Virus record (IMG/VR): IMGVR_UViG_3300020045_011125
Location: 1-27,707 of that record
Reading direction: 5' to 3' (one strand)
Source: a virus
Lineage: Duplodnaviria > Caudoviricetes
DNA: 27,707 nt
Shown: positions 25,002 through 27,707 of the stretch, in pieces
Position numbering within the stretch: position 1 is the stretch's first letter
How the letters are laid out: each line of letters starts with the position of its first letter
Position numbers and translations under genes: made by a program
Notes under the pieces: model-generated
Seen by the model: only the letters and a program-made list of their open reading frames with translations
What the model was told of the DNA's origin: nothing
Database searches by the model: none

Positions 25002-25145
25002 ATGGAACATAAAAATCACAAAAAAGAAAATAAAGAAATGGAATATAAAGAAATGAAAAATTCAGACAAAGCAATGGCGATGCATTGTTCTGAATGTAAA
25101 AATGGTATGAAAGGTCATATGATGACTAAAGGTAAAAAGAAATGA
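25002..25145 (+). CDS. Small Lys/Met/His-rich protein (47 aa), absent from ORF track
   Basis: AGGAGG RBS; MEHKNHKKENKEMEYKEMKNSDKAMAMHCSECKNGMKGHMMTKGKKK; ATGA overlap with the next gene. Confidence 0.65.
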   Translation: MEHKNHKKENKEMEYKEMKNSDKAMAMHCSECKNGMKGHMMTKGKKK

Positions 25146-25324
25146 CTAAAAACTTATTCAATAAAAACCTTGCAACAACGATCCCTGCATCTTTACCAAT
25201 TTTAATAGATACAATATGTAAAATGTTTGGTATTGTTTTATCTCAAGATACTTTTAATATTATTATAAGTTGTGCTATTGCTATAACAGGATTATTGGCT
25301 AAAGCGATAGATAAAAATGATTAA
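25142..25324 (+). CDS. Putative holin
   Basis: 60 aa, two hydrophobic segments, 'KN..TTI' and 'GLLAK..D' pattern. Confidence 0.55.
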   Translation: MTKNLFNKNLATTIPASLPILIDTICKMFGIVLSQDTFNIIISCAIAITGLLAKAIDKND

Positions 25325-25436
25325 CCAATATAGGCTTATTAAAAATTACGCTGTAGATAAAAATAGCTAATCCTGTAAAAATTACCCATAGTAATAAAGA
25401 TAAAGCTAAATTAATGAAAAGATATTTGATGTTCAT
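25299..25436 (-). CDS. Small membrane protein (45 aa), absent from ORF track
   Basis: MNIKYLFINLALSLLLWVIFTGLAIFIYSVIFNKPILVNHFYLSL; GGAGG RBS; ATGA overlap with 25433..25615. Confidence 0.55.
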   Translation of the reverse strand: MNIKYLFINLALSLLLWVIFTGLAIFIYSVIFNKPILVNHFYLSL

Positions 25437-25615
25437 TTTTTAACCTCCGTTTTTGATTCATTTTTCAACTCCTTAAAAGGACAAATCCTACAATCATTTT
25501 CTGTTATTGTTGGTTTGCATAAATTATTACAAAAATCCTTTATTTTTAATATTGCTTCCGCTCTTAACTCTGCCATCAGTACATTTTTATATGCTGTTTC
25601 TTGGTTCATTTTCAT
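25433..25615 (-). CDS. Hypothetical Cys-rich protein
   Basis: C...C ... C..CP; GGAGG RBS. Confidence 0.6.
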   Translation of the reverse strand: MKMNQETAYKNVLMAELRAEAILKIKDFCNNLCKPTITENDCRICPFKELKNESKTEVKK

Positions 25616-25617
25616 TT

Positions 25618-25815
25618 TTATTTTACCTCCCCATTAAAAATCTTTTTAGTCTCATGGATCAATCTTAACTGTTCCTCTGTAGGATGAAAAGCAATCAAGG
25701 CTCTTAACTCGTCTTTTTTATATATTAAAAATCCATCATCTATTTTGTTATATTTTTCGTTATTATTAACAAAATAGATATTTTCATTGAGTGTTTTTGA
25801 GAAAATTTTAATCAT
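25618..25815 (-). CDS. Hypothetical small phage protein
   Basis: AGGAG RBS; 'S..L.E.IY..Y...EL..L....L..IH..KK.F.G.V' pattern. Confidence 0.6.
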   Translation of the reverse strand: MIKIFSKTLNENIYFVNNNEKYNKIDDGFLIYKKDELRALIAFHPTEEQLRLIHETKKIFNGEVK

Positions 25816-25872
25816 TTTTTATTGCTCCTGCCGGACAATTTACTTCCATAACACTTTTCTCCCTTTATATTT

Positions 25873-26121
25873 TTAAAATCCTAAATCATCCCAAAACAAT
25901 TCAATTTTACCCTTTCGATGAAAAAGAAAGAAGTCAATAGCAAGACTTGTTAAATGTTTAGAATTTTTAGTCTTGCTAAGTCCTTGTTTAATATATATAT
26001 CTTGTTGTTCTTGTGATCTTTTAGCTTCTCCAAATGTTAATTCGTAACCTTTTTGATAAGCATAATCAATTAACTTTGACACTAATAATACAAATTTACT
26101 TTGTTGCTGTCTGAGTGTCAT
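25873..26121 (-). CDS. M15-family peptidase (endolysin-like), C-terminally truncated
   Basis: 'L...Q..F.....LI.YA...GY.LT.GEA.R', 'SKH...LAID' (H-x6-D); ends at 82 aa with no final GG.W/D..H motif. Confidence 0.75.
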   Translation of the reverse strand: MTLRQQQSKFVLLVSKLIDYAYQKGYELTFGEAKRSQEQQDIYIKQGLSKTKNSKHLTSLAIDFFLFHRKGKIELFWDDLGF

Positions 26122-26179
26122 TATTCCCCCTTTCTGTCCAATCCCTCGTACTCTATTTTTTTGTATCCGATATTGTCAT

Positions 26180-26362
26180 TCATTTTTTTAACCCCTTATC
26201 TAAATATCTCATTATTTTTTTAATATCAATTTCTAAATTATGAATATATGCTTTTAGAATTAATATTTCTTTTGAATTTTTTACTATCGTTGACATTAAA
26301 CAGTCAGAGCAATAATTTGTTGCTTTATCTTCGATTTCTAAATGACAATTAGAGCATTTCAT
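26180..26362 (-). CDS. Small zinc-finger plus coiled-coil protein
   Basis: MKCSNC...YCSDC. Confidence 0.6.
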   Translation of the reverse strand: MKCSNCHLEIEDKATNYCSDCLMSTIVKNSKEILILKAYIHNLEIDIKKIMRYLDKGLKK

Positions 26363-26365
26363 TTT

Positions 26366-26518
26366 TTACCCCTTTCTATTAGGATACAATTCTTTAACAC
26401 ACTTCCAACAAACATGTTTAATTTTTCCCTCTACATTTATTGTGTGAAGTTTTTCATTAACTAATAATCTCCCACATTTTTCACAATTATAATTATATGC
26501 TTTTATCTTAGATTTCAT
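26366..26518 (-). CDS. Small zinc-finger protein (50 aa), absent from ORF track
   Basis: MKSKIKAYNYNCEKCGRLL...HVCWKCVKELYPNRKG; fills the gap between flanking genes. Confidence 0.65.
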   Translation of the reverse strand: MKSKIKAYNYNCEKCGRLLVNEKLHTINVEGKIKHVCWKCVKELYPNRKG

Positions 26519-26523
26519 TTTTT

Positions 26524-26760
26524 TTAATCCTCTTTCAATGCCCTTTCTATTTCATTTATAGGTGTAGTGTTTTCAACTTTAACTTCTTTAATATATTTTT
26601 CTTTATATTCTTCCGGTGTAACTGCTACCGGTTTTATTTTCCTTTCTTTATTCTTAGCAGTATTGCCTTTTCTATATCCTTCTTTATATCCCTTCTCAAA
26701 CGCTTCAGACATTATCTTGTTTAAATCTATATTCATTAATTTTAATATTTTGTTTCTCAT
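26524..26760 (-). CDS. Hypothetical protein
   Basis: ATGA overlap; 'AFEKGYKEGYRKG' motif. Confidence 0.6.
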   Translation of the reverse strand: MRNKILKLMNIDLNKIMSEAFEKGYKEGYRKGNTAKNKERKIKPVAVTPEEYKEKYIKEVKVENTTPINEIERALKED

Positions 26761-27128
26761 TTTAAAATCTCCCCTGTATCAAAAATTCCTTGTTGCCGTT
26801 CCATTGCTGATATCTTATCAGTTTTAATACATTCTCCGGTATCATCTCGGTACATTTTTTTAACGTCTGCATTCCAATCAAATTCCCAATGACACGTAAC
26901 ATCTCTATATTCGTATTCATTAGATATTTTACGGGACAAGATCTGTATTTCTGCCTCAGTTTTGGTCAGTTGCGCCTTAAAATCAGCGGCAAGATCTTTC
27001 ATCCTTGACTCTATTTGCGAATAATCCTGTGTATTTTTAGCCAAACTTTTAGAGTATGCCAACAGTTCTTCGTGTGTTAATATTACTGGTAGATTCATTT
27101 CTATTGTTTTTTGTTTTGTTATGTCCAT
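26757..27128 (-). CDS. Conserved phage hypothetical protein (coiled coil plus 'R.DTGE' domain)
   Basis: AAGGAG RBS; 'LPV.LT.EEL', 'V.C.W.FDW...K...R.DTGE.I....ERQ'. Confidence 0.7.
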   Translation of the reverse strand: MDITKQKTIEMNLPVILTHEELLAYSKSLAKNTQDYSQIESRMKDLAADFKAQLTKTEAEIQILSRKISNEYEYRDVTCHWEFDWNADVKKMYRDDTGECIKTDKISAMERQQGIFDTGEILK

Positions 27129-27157
27129 TTTGAATTTTCTCCTTTTTAAAGACTTTT

Positions 27158-27544
27158 TTAAGCCCCCCTTAAATAATTTTTAATTTCATCCCTTGCCTCT
27201 TCAAACGAATAACAAACAACAGCGTGCCATTGATGTTTGTTTAAAAAATCTAAATAATCTTGTTGTTCTTTAGAAATTTTACCTTTTTCAGACTTCATTT
27301 CTATAACCAGCCCTTGATAATAATAAATTGGATAAGGCAGCCAGATATCAGGGACTCCCCTTTTAACTCCTTCTGCCTTTAACCTGCTTGCTGTTATAAT
27401 ATCCCTAAGCCCCCCATTAGGAACAGCAAACATATACTCAAGCATCCAATATTCAATATCCTTTTCAACCATCATCCTTGCCCAAGTAAACAATTTCACT
27501 TGTTCATCATGTTCATAAGTACTATGCTTTTTTACTTTTTTCAA
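27158..27544 (-). CDS. VRR-NUC domain nuclease
   Basis: 'EHDEQ', 'AVPNGG', 'LKAEGV..GVPD', 'IEMK...G..S.EQ' PD-(D/E)xK motifs. Confidence 0.9.
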   Translation of the reverse strand: MKKVKKHSTYEHDEQVKLFTWARMMVEKDIEYWMLEYMFAVPNGGLRDIITASRLKAEGVKRGVPDIWLPYPIYYYQGLVIEMKSEKGKISKEQQDYLDFLNKHQWHAVVCYSFEEARDEIKNYLRGA

Positions 27545-27683
27545 TTGCTATCACCTCTGTAATGTGTTCCTTAAAATACGTTGTTATGTTATACCCATGC
27601 CGGCTGATAATTTCAACAAATTTTTCTACTTTTTCTATTGGCAAATTTATTGTTATTTTCTTCTTGATTCTTGTGTCTTTCAT
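27522..27683 (-). CDS. Ribbon-helix-helix-like DNA-binding protein (53 aa), absent from ORF track
   Basis: Perfect AAGGAGGTGA RBS; MKDTRIKKKITINLPIEKVEKFVEIISRHGYNITTYFKEHITEVI.. Confidence 0.6.
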   Translation of the reverse strand: MKDTRIKKKITINLPIEKVEKFVEIISRHGYNITTYFKEHITEVIAIEKSKKA

Positions 27684-27707
27684 TTATTTATCACCTCCTT
27701 CTAATAG

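Larger units (their letters stand above)
1..27707. mobile_element. Tailed bacteriophage (podovirus-like) genome segment: late/structural arm plus start of convergent early arm
   Basis: Gene order portal-scaffold-capsid-adaptor-nozzle-GNAT-ejection proteins-holin; no tape measure or sheath; dense overlapping genes; no host housekeeping genes or integrase in the window. Confidence 0.95.

Noticed and set aside
26567-26827. Hydrophobic + strand ORF
   Set aside because: Antisense to coupled minus-strand genes; hydrophobicity reflects the T-rich complement
1-27707. Stop-codon reassignment
   Set aside because: Core genes are full length in code 11, and TGA/TAG ends coincide with next-gene starts or RBSs

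Overview
The whole window is an AT-rich tailed-phage (podovirus-like) genome segment in the standard genetic code; ATGA-type overlaps show that TGA is a stop. The + strand (1-25324) is a virion/late arm. It carries a 5'-truncated portal, an FmdB-type zinc ribbon, scaffold, major capsid protein and decoration-like proteins. Next come three glycosyltransferases (two GT2, one CgeB/GT-B type) interrupted by an AP2-domain gene and a tRNA-like relic, then a head-fibre/spike block (beta-helix, FN3, LamG). The arm ends with tail adaptor and nozzle, a HExxH lipoprotein, a GNAT protein, four ejection proteins, holin-like genes and a clear Tad1-family anti-defence sponge. From 25299 the - strand carries small convergent genes, including a truncated M15 peptidase, a VRR-NUC nuclease and an RHH-like protein. 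The most notable signals missing from the ORF track are four. (i) A sigma70 promoter, a 42-aa DUF2292-like gene and a terminator precede the capsid genes, with a near-twin terminator after them. (ii) A ~140-nt nested-stem/pseudoknot RNA lies upstream of the Tad1 cassette. (iii) An anticodon-less tRNA-like element follows a long hairpin. (iv) An in-frame repeat insert in the nozzle gene has G-rich and C-rich flanks that are mutually complementary. All family calls come from motif recognition by eye; no searches were run.
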